This document shows positions 1-15,200 of a stretch of 64,000 bases of DNA, one piece after another. The stretch covers positions 3,224,001 through 3,288,000 of the forward strand of contig OZ024743.1 of the NCBI GenBank assembly GCA_964016885.1, written 5' to 3'. The position numbers and the translations under genes were made by a program. The notes under the pieces are model-generated. The model did not search any database, had not been told where the DNA came from, and was given only the letters and a program-made list of their open reading frames with translations. Source of the stretch: Eledone cirrhosa. Its lineage: Eukaryota. The number at the start of each line of letters is the position of its first letter. Position 1 is the stretch's first letter.

Positions 1-365
1 TGGGTACTTCTTGAGTTACAGGCCCTAACGCAACCAAAATGCTTAAAAAAGAATAAAAATAAAAATCTGGGGCAAAAAAAATGAGAAAATCTTTTTTACT
101 CAAAACACTTTAAATAAAATAAGTAATGCAAATTTTGAAGAAATCTGCCTGGATTATTGTTCCGTTATGCTTCAAAAAAGCATTTAAAGCCTAAAATGTG
201 CAGTTTTCCACCTAGGGCATTGAAAATTTGAAATATTATTTGCTCAAAACACTCACACGACAATAAGTATTACATGTGTAAAGATTGAAAAAAATTGGTT
301 GGGTGGTTCTTGAGTATTAGGTGAGACAGACAGACAGACATTCTCTGTTTTAGATATATAGATAT
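1..365 (+). mobile_element. 3' part of a Helentron/DINE-like non-autonomous element
   Basis: (GACA)n followed by ...ttttagatatatagat terminus typical of this group. Confidence 0.45.
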
Positions 366-783
366 CAATGGAAGAAGTTAAGAGAGTTACTCCCACTGTT
401 GACAACAATAGGTTTCCCTCTACGTACAAAGAGACAATTGTATGATGCCTGTGTGCAAAGTGTGATGCTGCATGGTAGTGAAACATGAGCAGTGACTGTA
501 GAAGACATGCATAGACCAGTTTTAGTGAGAGAAACAGTAGACACTCAAGCAATCCTATAAAAGGAACATAACTAAATGCCACTAAGCAATTTGTCTAGAA
601 ATAAAAATGGTTTCTAAAATAAGAAACAAAGACCATATGTGGAAATGGTATAGCTGACTTAATCAACCATAGTACTTAATTGGTTTTTACTTTAATAAAG
701 CAAGGAGATTGAAAGGCAAAATGTCAGTCAAACAGAATTTAAACTCAGAAGAATAAAAAAAATGTTTTAAATAATATTAATAC

Positions 784-867
784 CTTTTGTAGACCTTAGC
801 TTCTTGTCATTTTCTTTTGTTACTGGACTGCGAGTCAACTTGTCCTTGGATTGAAAAGGATCAACAG
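784..867 (-). CDS. HAUS6: HAUS6 exon 19 ([27 protein letters not shown])
   Basis: ccctacag/gta boundaries, phase 1-1, PF......R[ST]P motif. Confidence 0.75.
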
Positions 868-3800
868 CTGTAGGGAGAAAATTTAAATTAAAAGAGAAAC
901 CAAAAGAAGTTATTTGATTGATTAATGATTTGATATGAGTATGTGAATGGACAGCATATATATATATACTAGCATTAAAGCCCGGCGTTGCTCGGGGTCA
1001 TTAAGTTACCAAAGTTAGGTTGCACCACCCATTTTATGGCAGCACTTTTTTGTCTGCCAGGCACTGGGTGAATGAATTGCAGACCTGGAAGCAGGAGCTG
1101 CGCCAGCAGTGACAATTGTAGTTTCGCCTATGGATATTATCTCTGTGCAAAAAAGTGTTGAAATTTATTGTTTCACAGTACTTGCGCAACACGCGCGTAG
1201 ACGATGCCAGCCGAACAACGGAGTTGTTCTGCATGGTTGTCTGTGTGTTTTCTAAATTTAAGACAGTAGGGAGGGTTGTGATATGAGGGAGAGTTAGCTG
1301 TTGTTTCTAGCAGGTTTAGTGACCTCATAGAGGATATGTGTTTTCTAAATTTAAGACAGTAGGGAGTGGTGTGATATGGGGGAGAGTTAGCTGCTGTTTC
1401 TAGCAGGTTTAGTAACCTCATAGAGGATATGTGTTTTCTAAATTTAAGACAGTAGGGAGTGGTGTGATATGGGGGAGAGTTAGCTGCTGTTTCTAGCAGG
1501 TTTAGTAACCTCATAGAGGATATGTGTTTTCTAAACTTAAGACAGTAGGGAGTGGTGTGAACGGACAGTATCACCATCAAGCTTGGAAAGAGAAAGTAGC
1601 AGAAAGTATGAAGTTGTATAGATTTTGAATGGTAGTAGAAAGAGTTCAGCAGTTTAAATGAGAGAGAAAAATCATAAAATATTGAGTTTTATCTATTTTT
1701 TGCGTAATTGTGGGTGAAATTGAAAAGAATTATCTGCGTCAAGACGCAATCGAAACTATTTCGAATACTGAATTGTAAATTTCAATTGAAGAAATTCTAT
1801 ATCGTAGATTTCTATAACGAAGGAGCATGACCACACACTGAGCTTTATAGATTATGATATATAGAGAGAAAAACTGCTGCAAGATATGATTAATATACAT
1901 CATAGAAAATTAAAGTATAGGCTAAGTAGATTAGACCTCAGATGGCTGGAAATGAGATAGCAAACTCAATAAGAGTTGAATGTGAATCGTGAGCTATAGG
2001 ACATCATCATCATCGTTTTACGTCTGCTTTTCCATGGTTGGATGGGTAATTTCCAGCACAACATCCCTCTACTTGTTGCAGTCTTTTGTCATCTGTGAGC
2101 TTTAACAATTTGGGATCAGCTTAATCTACCTCTACTACAGCTTCCTTTCACTAAGACTTCTTGGGACTTCTTCACCCAACGATCATCATCCATACATATC
2201 ACACTACATCAGATTCTTCTTATACACAGCTTTTCGCTCAGCTTATCCATGCTTTGTCATTCATACACATTAACATTGCACATCAGAGCATGCCTTTTCA
2301 AATCTCTCCAGCCATCACATATCTTCTCCATTCACTGTTCATGTCTTGCTGCCATGCAACATTGCACAACAAACCTAGGATGTATTGAAGTAAGCAACTT
2401 ATCTCTCTGATACCCTCCTCGCAGCAGCAGCAGCAAGAGAATATACCATGTCTTGCTTGTAATACTGTAACTAACACAATTAACCATTGCATGTCAGAGT
2501 GTACAGTATTGTCAGCAGCTAGATATAGGCATGATGTATATGAAATGATACATCTATGAGATGTTTAGTTGTTTGACTGACTACCTGAATACTATAATTC
2601 TGCTTAATCAGCACTGACCTGTGTCTATGTAACAGGGTAAGGGTAAAGACCCCCTTTGGTCAGGAATGACCATGGGATTTGTACCTAGAAAGCTCTCCTC
2701 CGAGGTGCAAATTCATGCAAGGTTGTTTTTGGAAGATCAGCAGTTGCACATATGTACCAGTCTCCCCTCTCCATGCCACTGATGTAGACCAAGGGAAAGG
2801 CTAAGGTTGATACAGCTTGATACCAGTGACGTCACAACTCATTTCTACAGGCGAGTGAACTGGAGCAACGTGAAATAAAGTGCCTTGCTGAAGGAAACAA
2901 CACATCACCCGGTCTGAGAATCGAACTCACAACCTCACGATTGCAAGCCCAACGCTCTAACTACTAAGCCATATGCCTTTACTGTAACAATAATAACATT
3001 ATTATAATAGAGTATTGGTAAGGAAATGTAGATAATGTACTTACATAAAGCCTCTGCAACATCTTGAAGGTCTTCTTTTCCCCCAGTTTTGTAATTATTG
3101 ACAACCTACAAAAAAGTAAATAAAACAGATGACTACTGCTACCACCACCGACACAACTTGTTTTGCCATGTTGCCAAAATGTCTTCATAGCCATTGGGCA
3201 AAGGCAACCAGACAAAAGCATAGTTGTGTGGTAAATAAACTATAAAGTAGTTGCACCTATAAATCATGAAAATAAAAACAATTTCAGGCTTATACAAATG
3301 ACTTATTCAGATTAGAGTCCTCATCTTGGTTGTTATAGTCACAATAATTTGGGACAATAGCATAGTCAATATAACTGTTGGTTAAGTGTTAATTGTGGCA
3401 GTTTACACGGTAGGTGTAAGTTTACTTGCTGGGTAAATCTAGCTATATATATACTCCAGTTTTGAACTACCTGCATCAGTTGTTAGCTGTCAGGACACTG
3501 CACCCTTCAGAATTTCCATGCTTCCTGTAGTTCGCCAACACTACACCTGATATTCCCAATCCACATGCACACATGCATGTGTGTGTGTATCTGTGTGTAT
3601 ATGATGACTCATACACTGTTCACTTTCCTGACATTTGCACATTATTCTGGATTGGCAGTATCGGTAGAGGGTCGGACACCATGCTTTGTAGCATAGGGTT
3701 ACGTCCCTTTACAGTCTGAGTTCAAATCCCGCCGAGGTTAACTTTGCCTTTCATCCCTACGGGGTCGATAAAATAAAGTACCAGTAATGCACTGGGATAA

Positions 3801-6516
3801 CTTCTGGCCTTGTGCCAAAAGTAGAAACAATTATTCTATGTACTATACATGTACCTTTGATAAGTTGTAGTGCACCTGAGCACTATACACAATAATTTTC
3901 ATTATTTATTATTTATCTAATCTTGAGCAGAATGACCAAGCAACATTGCAAATAAGTAATATGAGCATATGTCTGGCAAGAACAACAGAATAATACAAAG
4001 GGATTACCAGGATTGATCTAAGGCTAAATAACATTAATTGACCACCAGGCTTCTAAACATATCATGGCCTTTACACTAGGTTTGTGCATTATCCCACCTA
4101 TACTTACTGGGTTCTTGCTTTACCCACTCCCAACATACACATAAAAAGAATTGTTGTTTTCATCATCATCACCATCGTTTGTCCATTTTCCATGCTAGCA
4201 AGGGTAGGACCATACATCTATGCTTTTGTCTGGCTGCCTTTGCCCAATGGCTATTAAGACATTTTGTGCATGTAAATCTTCATTTTGTGACTTTGATCTA
4301 ATAAAATAAGGAAAAAATTCCCACATGCAAACATTCATTTTTCAGTATCATACGACTTGTAGGTGATATAAAACCAGGCTTCAGACTAGCCAGGTGGTTA
4401 TTCAGCAATTTGTTTATAAACTACAGAACTTGGCAGCTGATAGATCAGCAGTAACATGTCATAGTTAATAATTTGGCCACTTGTATTCATAAAGATAAAA
4501 CAACTAACTTTTAATTTATTTAATTTTCTCAGCTTAATTTTAATTGTTGTCATAATGCAGATAACTATAATAATAGTTTAAAAGTTTGGTAAAGTACCTC
4601 TGGTGATGGAAAATAATGGACAACTGCAGGGAATTAAACCACTTGTCTCCCATGGTATACCAGAGATGATATGGTATGGTCCCGTAACTCCTGGGGATGT
4701 CATAGGGGTGCCGTATTGACATACAGCATTTCTTGGGTATTTAAAGCCTGGCGGAGCCCATCCCATTCCATGCCTGAGTGCAGCAGATTTCTTCCAAAGA
4801 GAGAAAGAATTGACCCCAGTAGTAAACTGGTACTTTTTTTTTTATCGACCTCAAAAAGCTGAAAGACAAAGTTGACCTCGGCGGGATTTGAGAGCAGAGA
4901 GATCAAACGAATACCATAATACATTCTATCCGATGTTCTAACGACTGCCAATTCGCTGTCTAATACCAGAAATACATGAGTTAATTCTCGCAAGCCTCTC
5001 TCTCCCCTATTTTCCATCTGATGGGAACTTTATCCAACTTATTCAACTATTATTTACAGTTGTCTGCATTATGGTGAGTATTTTCTGAAATTTCCCAATG
5101 CATAGCAAACTAACCAGATATTGCTTACAATATAATTATGTTTCTTGAAAGTTGTACTCGTCTGTAGTAGAACACCTGTATAACTGACAAATATTTTGCA
5201 AACATTTACAGATTTATGTTCAAAGATAAAATGCATAACTCGGAGATCAGAGTCACTCCAGGTAGAGCTGCTATTTCTCCGAATTGAGAGATCACAGCTC
5301 CAATACTATGGGCATGTGGTTAGAATGTCTCGGGAAAGAATCGCTGAATAGATTTTACGGGCAAAACCAACCGGCAAGAGACCCAGGGGTAGACCCCGAA
5401 CAAGATTGTTGGATAACATCCATGAGCTTGGCTGGCCATGCTTGGGGGTCCAGCCGGATCAGTTGAAGACTGTTGCTTCTGACAGAGCCTGCTGGAGGGA
5501 GTGTTTGAGGACTCTGCACCTATGACCCTCTCAGGAATAAGTGGGTGAAGAAGATGTTCAAAGATAAATACTTAATTAAAGGATGAATATGATCAAAAGG
5601 GTGGGGTAACAAATAATCAAATATTTATTATAATTATATATGAGACAACAAATTGATTGATTGATAGAATCTCAAATTGAAATTAGCTTACAGAAGAAAC
5701 ATAATCTTTCATGGCCTTCTCATGGCTCTGTTTTGTAGAGAACTTGGTATCTTCAAAGGTCTTAGTTGAAGAAGTCTTTATTTTATTAGTACCCTGAAAC
5801 AAATGAACAATACATACACATTATATATATATACACACACAGATATATATACATACATGCATATACATACGTACATATATACACACATATTTATACATAC
5901 ATGGAGGCACATGGCTTAGTGGTTAGAGCATTGGCCTTGCAATCGAAAGGTTGTGAGTTCAATTCTCAGACCGGGTGATGTGTTGTTTCCTTGAGCAAGA
6001 CACTTTATTTCACATTGCTCCAGTTTACTCAGCTGTAGAAATGAGATGATAGGGACTGGTGTCCCTATCATTCCACTGTAAAGTGGTCGTGGAGGTGCCA
6101 CGGCAAAAAAGCACCCAACACTCACTGTATATGAGGTTGGTGTTAGGAAGGGCATCCAGCTGTAGAAATCAAGCCAGAATCAGTTCCTGTCCCACCCTTG
6201 CAAGCAGGGAAAGCGGACATAAAATGAAATGATGATGAAATGATGATGTATATACATATATACGCATATATACTTATATATATATATAATCATCATCATT
6301 TTACGTCTGCTTTTCCCTGCTTGCAATGGTGGGATGGGTCCTATTCAGGACAGCATCTCCCCACTTGTCACGGTCCTTCGTCATCTCTTCCGTGAGTTTC
6401 AGCGATCTGAGGTCTGCTCTCACCACCTCTACCCATGTTTTTTGTGGTCTTCCTTCTACTGGGATTTCTTGGCTCTTCTTTACCCAGAGGTCATCCTCCA
6501 TGCGCATCACATGTCC

Positions 6517-6555
<39 letters not shown>

Positions 6556-9500
6556 TGCAGGGCGATCAAAATAGACAGTAGCTACGGAGTAAGCAGACCC
6601 AGAAAAACCTGGGACGACTTGATAAATTCTGACCTTACACACTTACACCTCTCCAAGACAATATCACTGGACTGAGATCTTTGGTGCTACGCAGTAATAC
6701 AGAAGACCTGCCTTGCCTAAGTACAAAGCGAAACCTACAGTCAGTAGGCACCTCTTAACAAAAATACACCCCCGTCCCACTACCCCTACCCCATCTACAC
6801 CACCCCTCTCAATGTAAAGTTATGTTGGTACCACAACATCCAGTCCTAAATAAATGAGGTTGTGTATGTATCACGACAAAAAAAACACACAGTCCACGCT
6901 GTAATGTGGCCGTGTAGGTAACACGGTAAAAATCTCCCAGTCCACACTGTAAACGTGGTTGGTGTTAGGAAGGGCATCCAGCCGTAGAAAACCTGCCAGA
7001 CAGTCCTACACGAGCAAGACAACCAATCTAAACCCATGCTAGCGTGGAAGATAGACGTTAAACGATGATGATGATTATATATATATATCTATATATATAC
7101 TTATATGATGGCTTCCCCCTCGTTATCGAGTATGGCCATTGCATGATATACCATTATTAATAATTATTAATTAATTCTATCGTGAAATGTTGTGCGTGAA
7201 GATATTTTTTAAAGTGAAGAAAGACTGTGCACTGAGCCAATCCCACTCTCTGAGCGACAGCAGCTATAACCCGAAAAGAAGAAAAGATCAACATCATTGG
7301 TAACTATTGAGCCGCAGGTTTTATATCGGAGTTATCCTAGTTTCCTGAGTTGCCTTCTCCTAGAAGAATGCCCTGACAAAGGCTAGGGGTTCTTCACTCC
7401 CAGTGGTTTAACCGCACGGTACATGTGTATATACATATTTACACATTTTTGTGTAACCAGGTTAAGGGTAGCCAGACGGGTCTGAAACTCCCCGACGAGT
7501 TAGATAGGGGATGCCTGCCCCTGCACACAAAGCCGGCCAGTCTACCGCGGCTGGCGGTTTTACCCTTGCAAGCGGTCGAAACCAACATAATAGAAAGAAG
7601 AACTTGATTCTTGGCGCATGGAATGTGCGCACCCTCATGGATAGGGAAACCTCATTGAGGCCAGAGAGAAGAACTGCCCTCATAGCGAGGGAATTAGCTC
7701 GCTACCGGATAGACATTGCCGCCCTCAGCGAGACCAGACTCGCCAAAGAAGGATTAGTAGCAGAACCAAAGGAGGCTACACCTTATTCTGGAAGGGCAAT
7801 GCAAAGGTCGAGGACAGAATCCACGGGGTAGGCCTGGCCATCAGGACTTCACTCTGCAAGCAGCTACCAGACGTCCCAACACCTGTGAGTGAGCAGCTGA
7901 TGAAGCTCCGCTTCCCCCTTGACCCATCTCGGCATGTCACAGTCATCAGCGCGTACGCCCCCACTCTCACCAGCAACGATGAAGCAAAGGATGCTTTCTA
8001 CGGGGAACTCAACGCACTCGTGAAGGGCGTCTCCCCAACCCCAAGCGATAAACTGATCCTACTGGGGACTTCAACGCAAGAGTCGGGTCTGACAGCAGCA
8101 ACTGGAGAGGTGTGCTGGGACCTCATGGCATAGGGAGGCTGAACTCTAACGGCCTCATAGTGTTGAGTTTCTGTACCGAGAACGTCCTCACCATCTCCAG
8201 CACACTGTTCCGCCAGGCAGACAAGTTCAAGACGACATGGAAGCACCCCAGATCCAAACAGTGGCATCTGATTGATTTTGTCATATGCCGCAGGAGGGAC
8301 ATCCGTGACGTCAGAATCACCAGTGCCATGCGTGGTGCAGAGTGTTGGACCGACCATCGCCTTGTCAGGACCATCCTGTCACTGCGCATAACCCCGACGC
8401 ATCGCAAGACTCCGAAAGTCTGTAGACGTCGCACGACTCAAGCAGCCAGAGCATCGTGATGCATTCGCGGAAGATCTCGACGGCCGGCTGACTGCCCATG
8501 GACCACTGACCGGACCCCCAACTCAACAGTGGGACCAGTTCAGGTCGCTGGTGACAGAGTGGCCAAGGCAACCATCGGGCCGAGGAAGAGAGTCCACCAG
8601 GACTGGTTTGATGAAAACGATGAGTGCATCAGACAACTCCTGGATGAGAAGAGGAGGGATTTCATTGAGTGGCTGAATGACAGCTCCTCCACCTCGAAGT
8701 ACGACTGCTTCAATCACCTCCAGAGGCAGACCCAAGCAGCGCTACGCAGAATGCAGGACAAGTGGTGGGAAAAGAAGGCTGAAGAAGTCAAGAGGTACGC
8801 TGACACAAAGAACTCCAAGATGTTTTTCAGCGCCATCGGGAACGTCTACGGATCCCCCAAGCCTGGCACCACACCGCTGCTCTCTGCCGACGGCTCGATC
8901 CTGCTGAAGGAGAAGAGTAGCATCAACTCGAGGTGGAGAGAGCACTTCAGCAACCTGCTCAACAAGGCCTTCGCTGTCGACCCTGCTGCCCTCAACCAGG
9001 TCCCACAGAAGTCCGTAGTCGGCAACCTCGACCTCCTCCCCACGTTGGTTGAAGTCACGAAGAGAATCAACCAGACCAGCTCAGGAAAGACTCCTGGGAA
9101 GGACGGGATTCCTGCAGAGATCTTCAAGTCGGACGGTCCAGCTGCCTTGGGGCCTTTCCACACCCTCCTCGTCAGCATATGGGAGGAAGAAGAGGTGCCC
9201 AAAGACTTCAGGGATACCACAGTTATCTCACTTTTTAAGAATAAAGGCAGCAAAACTGACTGTGGCAACTATCGGGGAATTTCTCTCCTGCCCATCGCTG
9301 GGAAAGTCCTGGCTCGGGTCATGCTCAACCGCCTCATTGCCAACATCTCGGAGGACAACCTGCCTGAAGCCCAGTGTAGGTTCCGCCCAAACCGCAGCAC
9401 GATCGACATGATCTTCTCTGTACACCAGGTGCAGGAGAAGTGTGTTGAGTAGAACAAGGACCTCTTTGCCGTCTTCATAGACTTGACGAAGGCATTCGAC

Positions 9501-11307
9501 ACTGTCTACAGGGAAGCCCTCTGGTCAATCCTGTCGAAGTTTGGATGTCCGACAAAGTTTGTGAACTTGATACGGCAATTCCATGACGACATGACCAGGC
9601 AGGTGCACTCAGGCGGAGAGGCATCGGGGCCGTTTGGAATCACCAACGGCATCAAGCAAGGATGCGTGCTGGCTCCCGTTCTCTTCAACCTGTTCTTCAC
9701 CTGCGTGCTCAATCATGCCGTCAGGGACCTCAAGCACGGAGTGTATCTGCGATACAGACTGGATGGCTCCCTGTTTGACCTGCAGCGCCTGACGACCAAG
9801 TCAAGGACCGTGCAGAGGATTGTCCTGGAGACTGTGCCCTCATGGCCCACAGGGAGTCTGACTTCCAACTCATCGTCAACAAGTTTGCGGAGGTCTCCTG
9901 CCTCTTCGGTCTCATAATTAGCCTTGGCAAGACTGAGGTCCTGTTCCAGCCTGCACCTGCCTCCGTCGCCCACCCTCCTTCCATCTCCATCGGAGGCACC
10001 CAGCTAAAGACGGTGGATGACTTCAAGTACCTCGGCAGTGTCATCAGCAGTGATGGAAGCCTCAACAAGGAGATAAATGCCAGAATCTGCAAGGCCAGTC
10101 AAGCCCTCGGCCGCCTGAAGACATGCGTCCTGAACCAGCACAAGGTGTACAGGGCCGTTGTTCTCACCAGCCTACTCTACGGATGTGAGACATGGACCCT
10201 GTACAGAAGGCACCTGGAACAGTTCCACATGCGCAGCCTGCGGTCAATCATGAACATCAAATGGCAGGACAAGGTCTCCAACATCGAAGTTCTTGACATG
10301 GCTGAGACAACCAGTGTCGAAGCTATGATACTGAAGAGTCAACTCCGATGGGTGGGACATGTCATCCGGATGGACGATCACAGGCTTCCGAAGCAACTGA
10401 TGTATGGGGAACTCTGTTCGGGGAAACGAAAGCAGGGCAGGCCTCTCAAGAGGTTCAAAGACTGTGTGAAGTCCAGCATCAACAACACTGGAATCGCGCC
10501 AAAACAACTCGGGTCTCATGCTCAGGACAGGACTGAGTGGCGAGCCCTTACCAGACACGCCAAAGACTCTTTTGAAGAGAAGAGACAAGCAGAGGTCACT
10601 GAGGCCCATGAAAGGAGGAGAAAGGCATCAACAGTTGCCCCAAGCGACTCCGGTCTCTTCCCCTGACCCCACTGTCCCCGGACCTGCAAGTCAAGGATCA
10701 GCCTCCACAGCCACCTTCGTGCCCATGGCACACGGGAACTAAAATAAAGAAGATGTCATCATCGTTTACGATGGACAACCAAGAAGATATATACATGGAG
10801 GCACATGGCTTAGTGGTTAGAGCATTGGCCTTGCAATTGAAAGGTTGTGAGTTCAATTCTCACACCGGGGTGATGTGTTGTTTGCTTGAGCAAGGCACTT
10901 TATTTCACATTGCTCCAGTTTACTCAGCTGTAGAAATGAGATGATAGGACTGCAAACTGTAAAGTGGACGTGTAGGCGCCTCGGCAAAAAAAGCACCCAG
11001 CACTCACTGTAAATGAGGTTGGTGTTAAGAAGGGCATCCAGCTGTAGAAATCAAGCAAGAATCAGTTCCCGTCCCACCCTTGCAAGCAGGGAACAGCGGA
11101 CGTAAAATGAAATGAAAATGAAATGATGATATATATATATAATGTATACATACATACATATGTATACATATATATAATGTATACATACATATATATAATG
11201 TATACATACATATATATAATGTATACATACATATATATATATACATACATATACTTATATATATATATATAATGTATACATACATATATACATACATATA
11301 TATAATG

Positions 11308-11339
<32 letters not shown>

Positions 11340-11342
11340 ATG

Positions 11343-11374
<32 letters not shown>

Positions 11375-11377
11375 ATG

Positions 11378-11409
<32 letters not shown>

Positions 11410-11412
11410 ATG

Positions 11413-11444
<32 letters not shown>

Positions 11445-11468
11445 ATGTATACATACATATATATAATG

Positions 11469-11500
<32 letters not shown>

Positions 11501-11503
11501 ATG

Positions 11504-11538
<35 letters not shown>

Positions 11539-11596
11539 ATACACATGCATATATATACATACATATATATATATACACATGCATATATATACATAC

Positions 11597-11627
<31 letters not shown>

Positions 11628-11628
11628 C

Positions 11629-11665
<37 letters not shown>

Positions 11666-11692
11666 CACATATATATATATATATATATACAC

Positions 11693-11727
<35 letters not shown>

Positions 11728-11908
11728 CACACATGCATATATATACATACATATATATATATATACATACATATATATATATATACATACATATATATAT
11801 ATATATACATACATATATATATATATACATACATATATATATACATACATATATATACATATATATACACATGCATATATATACATACATATATATATAT
11901 ATACATAC

Positions 11909-11941
<33 letters not shown>

Positions 11942-12174
11942 CATATATATATACATACATACATATATATATACATACATACATATATATATACATACAT
12001 ACATATATATATACATACATACATATATATATACATACATACATATATATATACATACATATATATATATATACATACATATATATATATATACATACAT
12101 ATATATATACATACATATATATATATATACATACATACATATATATACATACATACATATATATACATACATAC

Positions 12175-12252
<78 letters not shown>

Positions 12253-15200
12253 ACATATATATATACATACATATATATATATATACATACATATATATAT
12301 ATACATACATATATATATATACATACATATATATATATACATACATATATATATATACATATATATATATACATACATATATATATATACATATATATAT
12401 ATACATATATATATATATACATACATATATATATATACATATATATATATATACATATATATATATACATATATATATATACATATATATATATACATAC
12501 ATGAGAATAAATGGAGCAACCCCGAATTAATAAATGAAAATGAAACTGCGAGCTACCAAGCACCCATGCGAAGCTTCAATTCAGAGACAGGAAGCATACA
12601 CACACCTCTGCAAAAATCTACCCTTTTCCACGAATGTTGACAAATGCCCAAAACTCTGAGTTGGTACCATCAATGTAAGCTCAATGAAAGGAAGAGCAGG
12701 AGAAATCGTAGAGATGGTAGAGCGAAAGGAAATTGATGTCTGCTGTGTCCAAGAGACTAGGTGAAGAGGAGAGTCTGCTAGAGTCCTTGTAGGAAAAAGT
12801 CAATGCTACAAATTTTTCTGGGTGGAAAATGACGATGGGATGGGTGGTGTAGGTATCCTACTAGTTGACAAGTGGGTAGATAAGGTAATCCCAGTGAACA
12901 GGGTGAATGCAAGAATGATTAAACTCAGACTAGTCCTGAATAAAACAATTACCACAATAATGTCAGCTTACACACCCCAATCGGGGTTGCCAGACGAACT
13001 TAAGGATAGGTTTTACGAGTCCCTGACTTCCTAACATTGCAGGAGATTTTAATGGACACGTAGGTAAACACCGTGACGGCTTCTATAGAGTCCATGGAGG
13101 CCATGGGGTTGGCACAAGAAATGAAGAAGGCTTCAGGCTTCTAGAATTCTGCGACGCCAATGACATGTCGATATGTAACACAAACTTCAAAAAATCCGAC
13201 AAGCATCTGATCACCTATAGATCAGGGGAGCAGATAGATTTTATCCTCATCAGAGGATGTGACAGATGGACGGTTGTAAACACAAAAGCCTTCCCTAGTG
13301 AGGAATGTACCTCCCAACATAGCTTAGTTGTCAGCGACCTCACGGTCAGAACTAGACGAATCTGGAAATAGAAGCCAACCTGGAGAAGAAAGAGCTGGAA
13401 GCTGAAAGACCCCTCAGCCAGTAACAGATTTAAAGATATTTTACTCAACGCCTATGACAGTAAAGAAGAACAGATAGAGACAGTCAATGTAGAAGAGCAC
13501 TGGGAGTTCCTAAAAAATAACTTACTAAAGGCGACGGATGAGATCTGTGGCTGGAGTAAGACCACAGGCAGGAGGAGAGTGACTTGGTGGAACAATAAGG
13601 TAGATGAGGCAGTTAAGGCTAAAAGACAGGCATGGAAAGAATGGAAGAACGGGGGAAGCAGGGTACGTTACATAGAGACCAGGAGGGAAGCTATGCGACA
13701 AGTATACTTAGCTAGGAGTGAAGCAGAGGATAGAAAATTCAAGCATGTTTTGCAACGTGAGGACCAGAAACAGGTGTTCAAGATTGCGAGGCAGTGTGTC
13801 AAAGAGAATTGTGATGTTATTGGAGAGAAGTGTATCTGGAATGATAAAGGTGAACTTGCCCTCACAAGTGCTGAGAAGAAAGATGTGTGGAAGAGCCATT
13901 ATGATAGATTACTAAATGAGGAGACCCTATAGTGGGGCCAGCAGTACAAGTCACTAGCAGCGTAGTAAGGCAATCAAAGATGTGAAGACGGGGAAGGCAA
14001 CCTGTCCATCGGGTATAACTGCCGAGAAGCTGAAGGCATCTGGGTCGGTAGGTCACACCATAACCACACATATTGTTAACCAGATAATACTAGGTGTCAT
14101 ACCAAAGGATTGGTGCAGTAGCATCATTGTCAACTGCTACAAAGGTAAAGGTGATGCACTAGATAGAGGAAACTATAGAGGTATAAAGCTGATGGACCAG
14201 GTCATGAAAGTAACAGAAAGAGTTATAGCACAGTTGATTAGGGACCGGGTGAAACTAGATGAGATGCAATTTGGGTTTGTGCCAGGAAGAGACACCACTG
14301 ATGCCCTCTTCCTTGTGAGGCAGTTACAAGAAAAGTATCTAGCTAAAAGTAAGCCGCTCTACCTGGCATTCGTCGATCTCGAGAAAGCCTTTGACAGAGT
14401 CCCCCGTGCTATAATCTGGTGGGCTCTTAGAAAACTAGGAGTAGATGAATGGCTTGTGAAAGCTGTACACGCCATGTATAGGGGAGCAGTCAGCAAAGTT
14501 AGGATTAGCAATGACTATAGCGAGGAATCTAGCGTACAGGTCAGTGTACCCCAGGGCTCTGTTCTTAGCCCTCTCCTGTTTATCATAGTTCTGCAGGCAA
14601 TAACGGAGTTTAAGACCGGATGCCCATGGGAACTCCTGTATGCAGATGACCTTGCACTTATAGCTGAATCTATGGTAGAACTAGAGAAGAAATTCCAAAC
14701 TTGGAAGCAGGGACTAAAAAGAAAGGGTCTCAAAGTCAATCTGACAATGACTAAGGTCCTTGTAAGTAGACGAGAAAACAGAACCCAGATCCCCTCAGGG
14801 AAATGGCCTTGCTCAGTATGTAGGAAAAGTGTAGGTAAGAACTCCATTCTCTGCCCCAAATGCAAACAATGGGTACACAAGAGATGTAGCGGGATCTCAG
14901 GAAGCTTAACTAAGAATGTAGGCTTCACATGTAGCAGCTGTGCTGGGACAGCAAGCAGCAAACAGCCACAGGAAACAAGTACCACCAAACTCTGGGAGGG
15001 CTCTGTAGAAACAGTAGACAGCTTCTGCTACCTAGGTGACCGAATTAGCAGCGAAGGTGGGTGTTCGGAAAGTACAATAACTAGGGTAAGAACGGGATGG
15101 AAGAAGTTGAGGGAGCTACTGCCACTGCTAGCTGCAAAAGGCTTTTTCCTCAAAATGAAAGGCAGACTGTATGATGCGTGTATACAAACAGCAATGCTAC

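Noticed and set aside
5129-5175. Extra HAUS6 exon (tacag...gtaagc)
   Set aside because: 47 nt would frameshift between phase-0 exons 17 and 18, which join directly; at most a poison exon, unsupported
5903-5975. tRNA genes here and at similar heads (2905-2977, 10797, 16188)
   Set aside because: A/B boxes run straight into SINE bodies and no complete cloverleaf forms
11025-12640. Long ORFs of 265-512 aa (YI/MYV/HTY repeats)
   Set aside because: Translations of the (TA)/(TACA) microsatellite, open in many frames on both strands
14515-14988. Antisense ORFs over the LINEs (also 28927-30042 and 8846-9268)
   Set aside because: Shadow frames of RT coding sequence
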